NCBI GenBank assembly: GCA_051047955.1
Contig: JBPGPT010000001.1
Span: 248,001 to 312,000 of the forward strand
DNA from: Cystobasidiomycetes sp. EMM_F5
Lineage: Eukaryota
Length of the DNA stretch: 64,000 nucleotides
Direction: 5' to 3'
Part shown: in pieces, positions 50,781 through 61,621 of the stretch
How positions within the stretch are numbered: the first letter of the stretch is position 1
How the letters are laid out: each line of letters starts with the position of its first letter
Notes under the pieces: model-generated
Database searches by the model: none
Seen by the model: the letters and a program-made list of their open reading frames with translations, nothing else
Told to the model about the DNA's origin: nothing
Made by a program: the position numbers and the translations under genes

Positions 50781-51603
50781 CTACGAACGGGGCTTCTCCT
50801 ATTGTGACAGAACGTAAAGGTTAGCGTTGATGTACGTCTCGAGTACGAGGCGAGACAAACTTGCCTTCTTCTCCTTCCACAGCGCCAAGAGACCAACACC
50901 AGACACCTTTACGACCTTGAATCGCACACCAGGAATATCACCCTTGGCCTTGCCCTTTCGACCGAAACCCGAGATGAGAACTTCATCGTTTTCGTCTACA
51001 AAGTTGAGGCAACCATCGTTTGGCACGAAGGCGGTAACCTTTTTGCCGTTCTTGATGAGTTGAACACGGACACATTTTCTGATGGCAGAGTTGGGTTGCT
51101 TGGCTTCGACGCCGACCTGTAGACCCGGGCATGACGAATGAGTTGACCGTCCCAACTGCAGGGTTTAATATCCGAAACGCAGCCTACCTTTTCAAGGACG
51201 ATACCCTTGGCGTGTGATGAACCACCGGTGGGCGATGACTTGTAAGCAGTGCCTAACGCACGCTTCTTGTAGTTAAGATCTGAAGAGGCCAAAGATTATC
51301 AGAAGGCTATCCTCTTCCGCTTGGCGATGCAAGCGTCTACACACCCGCCCATCTTCCGTCTCTTCGGTCTCGCTTGAGCTTGCGAGCAGCGTGTAAACTG
51401 GGGTGGAGATAGATCGTCGACAGCAATCAGCACGCGTTCCAGTCATAGCGTATTCATGTAGTCGAGCATTGTCCGCGATCATGCTGCATGGGTGTCGCTC
51501 GTTCCGCAGATTTCATCGGGAACCGAGGCGGAAACATGGCTGATGTCGGGAGTCGTTCATATGTTTGCAGAGTAACTCACCCTGCTGGCTTATTCTTACC
51601 CAT
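50781..51603 (-). CDS. RPS23: 40S ribosomal protein S23 (uS12)
   Basis: [15 protein letters not shown]..., [25 protein letters not shown], ...KEKKEKPRS*. Confidence 0.99.
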
Positions 51604-51631
51604 GTTTGCTGTTGAGGGGTATGCTGCTTCG

Positions 51632-51750
51632 CTCCCTCTCCCTCCTCTCCTCCTCCTCTCTCTCTCTCGAGGCTCCCCCGATCGAAAAGCTGAATTTTCC
51701 CGCTCGGAAGAAATGCTTTTCTGAGGAGAAGGGGGAGAAGAGAAAGCCTC
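51632..51750. repeat. CT/GA low-complexity tract plus inverted repeat upstream of RPS23
   Basis: Polypyrimidine tract 51632-51668; pairs GAGGCT/AGCCTC, CCCCC/GGGGG and GAAAAGC/GCTTTTC. Confidence 0.6.
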
Positions 51751-51957
51751 TGAGCTTTGCATGCAGTGCTCCTCACTCATCACACCAGTCAGAACTTCAC
51801 TCTTGCTCACCCGGCTGCCGTACTAAGAATTCCGTTACGACGCCCTATATGTAGACACCCACTATTTTTCCAGCTGAACAAACGCGTAGCTGACATTGGT
51901 CACGTCCGCCGTCTCGTGTTGGATTGTGCTCGCTGATTGCTCACGGTTCGCAATGAC

Positions 51958-52209
51958 ATGGCTTACCGTTACAAATCTATAGCGCCGAGCGACGGAGAAG
52001 TTGCGGCATTCAAGTTCCAGCCGCAATTTGGGACAGTCTGCGCGATTGGGGGTTGCGTGCTATTGGCATATGCAGTAACACGATTGCTCCCGCAGAGCCT
52101 GTACACTGTCGTTGGCTGCTTTTTACGGTACTGAATGAAGAGCTGGCTGTATTACAGAAGCCAGATGCAAGTTGAGACGCTGACATCTGTCAGTTGCGCA
52201 TTCATATAA
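51958..52209 (+). CDS. Possible small hydrophobic protein (58-61 aa)
   Basis: ORF MAYRYK...TVCAIGGCVLLAYAV...; possible intron 52128-52193. No family recognised. Confidence 0.25.
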
Positions 52210-53077
52210 AGCGACGAGGCTAGCAGGACCGATTTGTTTCAGGAAACATATACAACATTCGTTGCCAAGCGTCTAGCGTCTATTGTGTAACTTACATTTG
52301 CTTGCCGTGCGTCATTCCTTTTTTATTTGTGCAGCTTGTCAAGACAGCAGGATAGTTCATTCCAGTGCTCATTCATGATCCTGGCTCTATTGACTGTAAG
52401 CTGGTTAGCCTTTACAGCACGTCTTAGGGCAACCCAAGCGGGCGGCAGAAAGTAGTCGCGTGTCTGTAGATGCGATGACGCGTAAAGAGATAAAGAACCT
52501 TAAAAATGCCAAAGAGCTGTCCATTATACGAGATTGGAAGCATAGCAAGATGCACTTTCAGAAGGTGTGCATTTGCTGACAGCATCCGGCTTGTGCTCTG
52601 ATTGTTGTTATGCGGCGATCGCAAACATATATACTACATCATACGTATACAAACTCGCAACGCTACCTTGAAAATAGTCTGCCGCTTCAAGGTACCCTTG
52701 CGCTTCGTCTACTGGCAACCTCAAGCGGGTGTTACTGTCAAAACATGCTGAAAGCTGCACAAAGGATATCACTTTCTCGAGCGACTTTTATGGTTAATGC
52801 TGGTCTCGTCGTCAGAGTAACCCCCTCAGTGTACGCTTATATATCCCTTTCATATAGCTTATGGAACGCTTGCTCAATTCCAGCATGATCATTTGCGCAA
52901 CATAGTCGTCAATGTCGTCACGCGTCTGCCCTGAGGATCTACAGCGCCCATCATGGCGTCGGGCATCGGAAACAAGCAAGCAACACAATCATTTCAACTG
53001 GTCTGCTTAGTACGACACATTGTACAACTCTTAAACAAGGCCACCGCAACTACTCTATTAAGCAGAATACCGAAAAC

Positions 53078-54532
53078 ATGTCGGGACCAGGCGCATCCAA
53101 CACGGCCTTGCTGGCTTCAAATTTGTTTGGCGTGGAGGGAAGGATTGCGCTTGTTACGGGCGGTATGTTTCCGCCTTCGTGTATTACATTGGCGTTATGT
53201 TTATACTGATTTCCTTCAAATAGGCGCCACCGGTATCGGTTTGATGTGCGCGCATGCACTTAGTGCAAATGGAGCCAAGGTGTACATTACCGGTAGACGA
53301 GCGGAGGAGCTCGAGAAGGTAGCTCAGCTATATGGCCAGGGTGCAGGCAGCATTATCCCGTAAGCATGCAACGAAAGCGAGGCAAAAGCAATGACTGACA
53401 CTCCTTTTGTAGATTGGCTGGGTAAGGAAAAGGCAGTTAGGATGGCAAGAATACTACTGTCTGACATCTATGTCTTGCGCTCAGAGATATATCTACGAAG
53501 GAAGGATGCCTTAAGCTAACATCTGACCTCGAGCAAAAGGAAAGCCATCTCCACATTCTTGTAAACAAGTCCGTCACGAGGTTTTAAAACATATGGTGGA
53601 AGGCTGACTGAGTTTCTCTACAGTGCTGTCAGTAAATACGCACCAGGCAAGGACTGCATGCTGACAATTATGCGCTCACTGAAACAGGGCATTGCCCTTG
53701 AGGAGCAATTGAAATTCGACAACAACAAGTCGCTCGACAAGTCGGATCCCAAGTCTTTGTCAGAGCACCTACTCCGTGCCGAAACCAGTACCTGGGTAGA
53801 CACGTATCAGACCAACGTGCAGGCCATGTATATGCTTTCCGCAGCGCTCCTGCCCCTGCTTGCAAAAGGCAACGAAACGATCAGAGGGTACACATCATCA
53901 ATAATAAATATTACCTCGATTAGTGGAATAATGAAGACCCCTTCGTCTGGTCAATTCGCGTACGCTGCCAGCAAAGCCGCAGCCATTCAGGTCACTCGAA
54001 ATATGGGCAACACTTTCGTCGACACCAAGGTTCGAGTAAATTCAATCGCTGTGCGTAATGGTTTTAACACATTCTCGAACATCGTCAACATTGAGCGAAG
54101 CTGACGTTGATTATTCTACAAACAGCCCGGCATGTGAGCTCTGCTGACGGCAATTCGCTCTTCATCAGTATATTGTGCTGAGTTCATCCATTCAACAGCT
54201 TCCCATCCGAAATGACAGCTCAACAAAGCGCTGATAACAACAAAAGCGAGTTGCCGGATGCAGGCAAAGGTTTACCTGCTGGACGACCAGGCAAGGATGA
54301 GGAGTAAGCATTGCAACGAAGCAGCTGCAGACACAAGGCTGATGTTCCACTATTTCATCACAGCATGGCAGCAAGTATCCTGTTCCTGGCTGGACGTGGA
54401 GGTGTCTTTTACAATGTAAGGTATAGGAGGACTGGGAAAGGTTTCTCTAGCTGAAAACTCATATCTCCATACCAGGGCTGCATTTTACATCCCGACGGAG
54501 GGGCTCTGCTTACAACTCCGAGCTCCATGTGA
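53078..54532 (+). CDS. Short-chain dehydrogenase/reductase
   Basis: LVTGGATGIG, VNNAG, YAASK, VRVNSIAPGIFPSEM. Confidence 0.93.
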
Positions 54533-54746
54533 ACATCCTTCAGCAACGAAATTTGCAGTAATTTACTACAGCAGTAATGCAATTGATGAACGAACACAAA
54601 TTCTTGTAGCAAGGTTTTTCTATTAGTCGTGAATCAAAGATATCAACTCAATAAGCAATATATGCGAAGGAAGATGGGAGCCACCCTATACGAATACATG
54701 ATGCTTTTGAGTGCTCGTCACCAGTATTGATACAACGGCGCTGAAA

Positions 54747-55612
54747 TCACGCTTGACCGCCAAACCTTTCCGCCCGTTTTCGCCGTCGTTCCTCTTCTTC
54801 CGGATCTGCGGGCTTTGTAGCTGGTTTGCTCGCTGGTTTCGCACCGCTTTGTGGCTTGGCACTACTTGCTGGCTTGTTGTCTACTTTCGCGGTGCCCTTC
54901 TCGCCGCCTTGCTTTCCTTTCTGCTTTTGCGATTGAGGCTTATTTTGTGCTTTGCTAGTTTGCGCCTTGGCCGATTCTCCGTTCCCATTAAGCCTGACGC
55001 GTTTATTGGACAATTCCGAGTCCAGCGCGGAAATAGTCTACGAAGCTCGCCGAGTCAGTGTTTCTGAGCCAATACACATAGACAATGGCAAGACCTACTG
55101 CATCTGCCACGCTTTCCTTGTCTGTCCCGAAACGTTCCTGACGTTCAAGCTGGGCTGCGGCATCTGTGTCGCCAAACCTCGCCAGGCGTTTCAAGCGTTT
55201 CTCGGCTTCAGACTCTTTTGTCGTTGCATCGGATTGCGTTGTATCGCCTGCATCCGTTGTATCTTTGCCTCCCGATGCTTGTGCAGGCGGACCTGATGTC
55301 GAGGTGGACGTATCTACGGATGGGATAGCCGTTTCATCCTTCTTGTCAGAGGAAGTAGCAATGTTCGTTGATTTCTCTCCACTCTCTGCAGTCGGTGCTG
55401 TCTCAATTTGCGTCTGTCCACCTTTGTTCTGTGCGTCCAGAATGCGGGATATCAAATCGGCCTTCACTCCGTTTGCAGCAAGTCCTTGATTCGTCAGAAT
55501 AGCCTACGTCCGCAGATATGTTAGCAATAGGCATGGGTACGCTGGGCCACCGCTGAGCTACCTTGAGGTCTGGCACTTTCAGAGCACTCAAAGAGGCCTG
55601 CGTGTGTGACAT
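54747..55612 (-). CDS. SAP-domain RNA-binding protein, Tho1/SARNP-like
   Basis: LKVPDLK..L...GVKADLISRI SAP domain; KRLARFG, RQERFG and KRAERFG repeats. Confidence 0.88.
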
Positions 55613-55813
55613 TCTTCAGTCTTGCGGCTGCGCCAGTTTGTCTCCTACTGCTCCTGTTAGTCTTCTGCTCGTCCTGCAAATCAACCAACCTGGTCAGTCT
55701 GTCTCTCTGCGTGAGTTCAGTCGGCCTATCCGACACCCTAATGACGCAGCTTGCTGATGATTGCCCTTTTTCTAATTCACAACTCCAGACTAACCTCGCA
55801 TCTGTATTTCAAT

Positions 55814-56827
55814 ATGTCGAAGCCAAAGGTGTCACCCTTGCAGTATGCCTCAACTGCGGTGAAGCCCGTACTGACTCCCTCACCCGTGCACCAGGTCGTG
55901 TTTGTTTTGTCATCGCACGAAAAGCTAGGAAGCCTGGACAAAAAGACCGGCTGGTACTTGCCAGAAGCTGCACATCCCTACGAAGAACTCAAGGAGCATG
56001 CCGACATTGTGTGGGCATCGCCAAAGGGCGGAAAAGCGCCACTGTAAGCAAATCTGCATGACGTGTTTGGCAAGCCTCCGTCACTAAATTGCATCCCTGG
56101 CGTGATATAGAGACGAGTCCTCGGTAGAGGCATTCAAGGACGACCCAGTGTCCAAGAAATTCCTATCTGACAGTCTGAAACTGACCGAGAACACCCACAA
56201 GCTCAGTTCGCTCGTCGGCAAGTCTGGAGACTATGCAGCCCTCTTCTACGTCGGAGGACACGGGCGTATGTGATCTTGTAGTCTCGCTGAAAGTGCGTTG
56301 ACTGATGTGCAATACACTTGCCTAGCTATGTTCGACATCGCAAAAGATGAAACCAGTCATCAACTGATCCGCGAGTTTGCGGAGAATGACAAGGTCGTTG
56401 CAGCAGTGTGTCACGGACCTGCTGCCTTTGCGTACGCAAAGCTGTCGAATGGAGACTACCTCATCAAGGGCAAATCTGTTACTGGAGTCGGTCACACATC
56501 TACTTGAGCAGTAAACGACGGCTGAAAGTGCTTGCTCACAGTTCAGTAATACTGAAGAGGATACAGTACAGCTCACGCAGGAAATGCCTTTCAAGCTGGA
56601 GGATGCCCTAAACGAGGCATCCGGAGGTAAATTCGTAAAGGCAGACAAGGATTGGGGTGAAAAGGTCGTTGTTGAAAACGGAGGCAAGCTCATCACTGGC
56701 CAAAATCCCGCTTCAGGTGAGTGGAGGGATTTGGCGAGAACGGTATCAACGCCGCTGAGTTTGGGCGTTCTTGCAAATACCAGCCGCTGCCGTTGGGAAG
56801 GCTATTTTGAAGGCTATTCAAGCATGA
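55814..56827 (+). CDS. DJ-1/PfpI-family Hsp31-like glyoxalase
   Basis: TGWYLPEAAHPY, YVGGHG, AVCHGPA, LITGQNPAS. Confidence 0.93.
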
Positions 56828-57025
56828 TGCGGGCTTGGAGGTATCGCATCAAACGAATCACATGTCGCAAACATTCAGATAAGCTGGAACGTAGGAAATC
56901 GTAACATGATAGCAAAAATGCAATTCCTCCCAACGGTTTCTGCTGATTCACTGCATTGCGGGGCTGCTATGGCTTTATATCGGAAGTACGACAAAGAGAC
57001 TGCTTGATTCTTCAGAAGTTGCAAT

Positions 57026-60000
57026 CTACATTGCCCTGATAGGTCCAGAGAACTGCCCAGCGCCTCTCCCCCTACCGCGGTACGATGAACCACCTCTCCG
57101 CCTCTCTCCTCCCCTCCTGCTTTGTTGACCATCGGCGTGCGATGTTTGTCCGTCCTTGCCTTCATCACCTGCGCCGGGCCGAGCATGACCTAACAAGCGG
57201 ACCATGTTCTCGGCTCGGTCAAGCAACTCGAGCGCTTGCTGTTGTAGCGTTGATCGCTCCACGCGCTGCAAAGTGAGAATGGATGTGGACTGATCAAGCG
57301 AGCCAGCAATCTCCTCCTCCCAGATGGCACGAGAGACGATAGCGGTGACTGTGCTCAATGACAGATCGAAAGTAGAAGCGAGGTGATCGAGGGAAATGGT
57401 GGAGTAATATCGTGCTGAAGTGAAGAGGCTGGTCTTGAGGCTCTGTTCCTGAATTTTGCGAGCAAGCATCTCCTTGATGTGCTTCTCGTTTGGCAGTAAA
57501 TTCCAGATCTTCATCGCATGAATCAGCTCCGTGCATTTCTTCCAGTCACACGCCAATAGCGCTTTCGATGCTTGTATGACGTGATCTCGGTTATTCTCCG
57601 GTGGACCAATGAAAGCTTGCCTCTCGCTAAGCTCGAGGGAGCGACGGAAGGTTCTATTCAAGATCTGCTTGCGGCTGTCTGCGTTGCCGTCTGCACGAGC
57701 GAATTGCGGGATCTCGACAAGCATAGAAGCGACGAGGTAGATGCATTCGACAAGCTCGACGTTGATATGCATATGGAATGGCAGCTCTCTTGCCTTTTCG
57801 ATCTTCTCTTGCTCGGGCGTGAGACTGACATTTGTGTGCCCTCTCTGGAACGGCGGAAGACCCTGGAAAAGGAGCTCTCGCACACGTTGTGTCTGTATAA
57901 TCTCTCGCAGAGTCTGTTCGCTTTCCTCGATCAGACCAGTTCGGAAAGCGGACAAGCCAAGCTGTACTAGTGTTCTGTTGAAGAGACCCTGTGTCTCGAT
58001 ATCGGCCACGGCTGCTTCAGACTGCACATTCGACATGTTGAACATATTGCGAGCGGTGTAATAGTCGTCGTGCGCAGCGCAATGGAAGATATGGTAAAGG
58101 ATCGCTCGCGTCCGCATACGGATGCCTGCATTCTTGTAAAGATACAGGCATAGTGTGCGAGTGAGAGAAGGGGCATTGCTGGCGGTAACTTTTTGCGGAA
58201 CGATGGTCGTGGTAAGATTATCTGGCAATGCCGACTCGAGATAACCGACGTTGAAATCGGGCTTCGCGTAGACGTGATCCAGTCTTCGTGCAAGCACGCG
58301 GGACAGCGCTGTCTCCCGGTCAGCTCCTCGTCCACCTTGATCTTTCGCAACCTCAAAGTACGCAACACTGCGGACGATAGTCTCGTAGATGAGCTTCTCG
58401 TCCTTCAGACGGTCGACGTACTCAGATGCGTGGGGATCGATGTGCTGTAGACTGCGGAAAAACTCATCATCGAGCCGTTCGACAAGCGAGACCACGCTTC
58501 CTCGAATTTGGACGACATGATCTTCTTGATTTGTAGAATCCATTTTTGGTGCGCGCTCTTCCATCTCGTCGTAGTCCTGGCTGACATCCTCCTGCACGAC
58601 ATACTCGTCCCGATTCTTGCGCAGTAAATCGAGTAATTCATTCAAGCGTTCTCGCGCACTGGCCCATGAGTCAAGCGGCATGTATCCGACAGAAGAAGAG
58701 TAATCAAAGTAGCTCGAGACGAGTGCCAGTAAGACACGAATCTTGGCATATGTCGTCTCAGCCTGCTCCTTGTACAGACGGTTGAGCGCTTTGAGTTGAT
58801 CCGCACGATCCGTACCCTTCTTCCCTCTTGCTTCTAGAATAATTTGCAAATTCTTGAAGACGCTGTCTGTACCGGATCCAAAGTTGAGAGTTCTACCGTC
58901 CTTTCCGACCGTCATGAAACCGTCATCAACGCCGGTGTCTTCGCCCGGCATGGGATTTGCCAGCTGTGTAGGTATTCAGCATGGGCTTACATACACGATG
59001 TCATGAGAGCAACATACCCTTGTGGGTCTCCTCCTTTCGGCCGCAGGCACTGGCAAGACGCCTTGGTATTTCCTCGCGTATGCCTCATTATCCTGCGTAA
59101 ATTGAAAGAAGTTTCAGCACGCTGAAATGCCAACTCATTGGATCCATCCAAACCGACCTGAGTATACTCCTTGATGACAGCCTCGTTGTCGCGCGCAGCT
59201 TTCTTGATTTTGGCTTTTATGGCCGTCAAGGCACGGGCCGCGTTGGCATTCATCTTTTTCTTGTTGCCGGTCTCCTTATCCTTTCCAGTTGTCTGGTTTG
59301 CTAGCTTCTCCTCCAGGTGAATAACGGTTCGTAGGTATACGGGTGGATACAACGACGACGTAGAGCCGGGCAAGGGCGCAGCCAGTCTTGCCAGCTTGTC
59401 AAAGTCTGTAGTCACGGTAAAACGCGGCAGAGAAGGTGCACGGACGGTGAGAATGAAATGTGCAATGCACAAAGAGGGAATGTCGCTACGTACCAGAATT
59501 CACATTGGCCCAGTCTGAGATTCGTTCAGCATTATTGATGCTCTTCTCAGTGGCCTCCATCTCATCCATGCGCTTGTCCTTTGCCGATTTTACAATCTTT
59601 ACAGCATCCTCGTCACTCTGAGCATCATCGTCGCTGCTCGACGAGTCGCTATCGCCTCCCTTTGCCGTCTTCAAGAATTTGCTGCCCATTGGCTTCTTTT
59701 TAGCTCCTCCGGCTGCTGCAGCGCGTTTTGCAGCAGCGCCATCATCGTCGTCTGAGTCTGAAGCAGTCTCTTCGTCGTCGCTGCTCTCCTCTGACGAATC
59801 TGATGCATCGCGCAAGAACTTGCTACCCTTGGGTTTTGTGGCCGCTTTGCCAGCTTTTACGGTAGCCTTGAGACCCTTGTCGGATCCACTCTCGTCGTCT
59901 GATGAGTTGAGGAGCTCCTCTTCCGAGCTTTCGTCGCTGGATTCGCTGTCACTGCCAGCTTTTCGAAAGAACGACCTGGCATCCGAATGAAATGTTGCAT

Positions 60001-60081
60001 TGTAGGGTAGACGGAACGGGGCATGGGGCAGACCTCCGTTAGCCATACCGTACTGTCTCTTTGCTGCAGTTGCACTCACAT
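57026..60081 (-). CDS. NIP1: Translation initiation factor eIF3 subunit C
   Basis: MSFFRKAGSDSESS, VKSAKDKR, EARGKK, LPFHMHINVEL, GPPENNRDH, PCI domain, RG-rich tail. Confidence 0.97.
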
Positions 60082-60337
60082 GGTCGCTGGTTGGTTGTTG
60101 GTATTCCAGCGAGTCGCGCTTCACCTTTGGCATCGTTGGACGGTCAACTTTTTCCGTCTCATTAGCCCGACTCCTAATGTAGTTACTCCTCATTACAAAA
60201 GTCCATCCACATTTTGGAGGCTGATTACAATTTCATCTCTAATGAAAAGATCGAATTTCCGGCCTTTCCACAGGACACCACTTGAACGCAAAGCCGTCTT
60301 CTCGCTTGCAGACACACTACGACAACCGCCAATCACA

Positions 60338-61375
60338 ATGTTCCGCCGTGCTGCAGCTCGTACATATGCGACAGCCGCAAAGGCTTCTGCTCAGGTAAGA
60401 TACCAGTCTTTGAGGACGGTTTGGAGGAGGAGCTCGTCGGCCAGCGGAGAATGCGGAACAGACGGGCAGCAGCGCAATCTGCCAAGCCCAGCCACGAAGG
60501 GAGCAGGACATTGTGAAACATGCTCCTAGTCCTTGTCAGGCTGGGCTTTTGGTCGTATCTGTTACGCTCCCCCCCGAGACTTTCCGCTTGGTGGAGCGAG
60601 CTCGAATGAATGACCTCCATCTCGCCGTGAATTACATACGCTGACATCAAGCATCGTTGTCGTGTCAACAGCCACCTGTGACTCCACCTGGCTTGGCTGG
60701 CAAGTACGCTAGCGCCCTCTTCTCTGCGGCAACCAAGCAATCTCCAAAGGCTCTACAACAAGTAGAGACGGACCTCAACAGCCTTCGAAGCCTGATGAAG
60801 TCTACTCCCCAAGTAGCCGCTTTCCTCTCAAACCCAACATTGCAGACCGACGAGAAGACAAAGGGTCTTAAAGACCTTCTCGGCCGATTGGGCGGCTCCA
60901 CTTCCGACCTCACAAAGAACCTTCTTTCGGTACTCGCGGAGAATGGAAGATTGTACGATACCGAAAAGGTCGTCGAGGGCTTTGAGCAGATCATGTCGGC
61001 CCATCGCGGAGAGCTTGAAGTGACAATTACATGTGAGTTTGCAGCTGAAATAGCCCTAGTCTCATCATCAACACAGCTCATTCATACTCATCGCAGCCGC
61101 CGAGACGCTCGACAAGGCAACGATCGATAGAATCAAGAAGTCCCTAGACTCCTCTAAAGTCGTAAAGGAGTTCAAGTCGGTCAAGGTGACAAACAAGGTA
61201 CAGCCAGACTTGCTCGGCGGTCTCGTAGTAGACTTTGGTGCAGATAGAAGCATCGACTTGAGTGTCAAAGCTCGAGTACAAAAGCTTGAAGGTCTCCTAG
61301 CCCGTAAGTCTGCTTCCTCTCTCAGTACCAATTGCACGCAGTACTGAAGGCTTTGATCCGGCAGAGTCGCTGTAA
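60338..61375 (+). CDS. ATP5: Mitochondrial ATP synthase OSCP subunit
   Basis: Presequence MFRRAAARTYATAA; GKYASALFSAA, NLLSVLAENGRL, LLGGLVV...IDLSV. Confidence 0.96.
60416..60628 (+). other. Nested inverted repeats (long hairpin) filling ATP5 intron 1 (60395-60671)
   Basis: At least six collinear complementary segment pairs, including a perfect 10-bp pair (60484-60493 / 60539-60548). Confidence 0.75.
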
Positions 61376-61621
61376 ATGGGATATAGATGCAGCTAGGACG
61401 TTTGTAGTTGCGAACACGAACGCATACGCTTAGTGTCTGTTTCGTGGTGAGACTAGATTGACCTCCTAGCCACACGGATTGCGAAATGCGTAAATTGCAT
61501 GGTGCATACATAAAGTACATTATGACTGCTATGCGCGGTTTGCTGACGGTGATTTACAATATGATACCGATTACTTCACTGACGAGTAACAATGACTGAA
61601 GCCTTGCTTAGGTATACATTT

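Noticed and set aside
59486..60193. ORF-track N-terminal extension of eIF3c
   Set aside because: It reads through 5'UTR and intron sequence; the split-ATG model gives the typical N-terminus.
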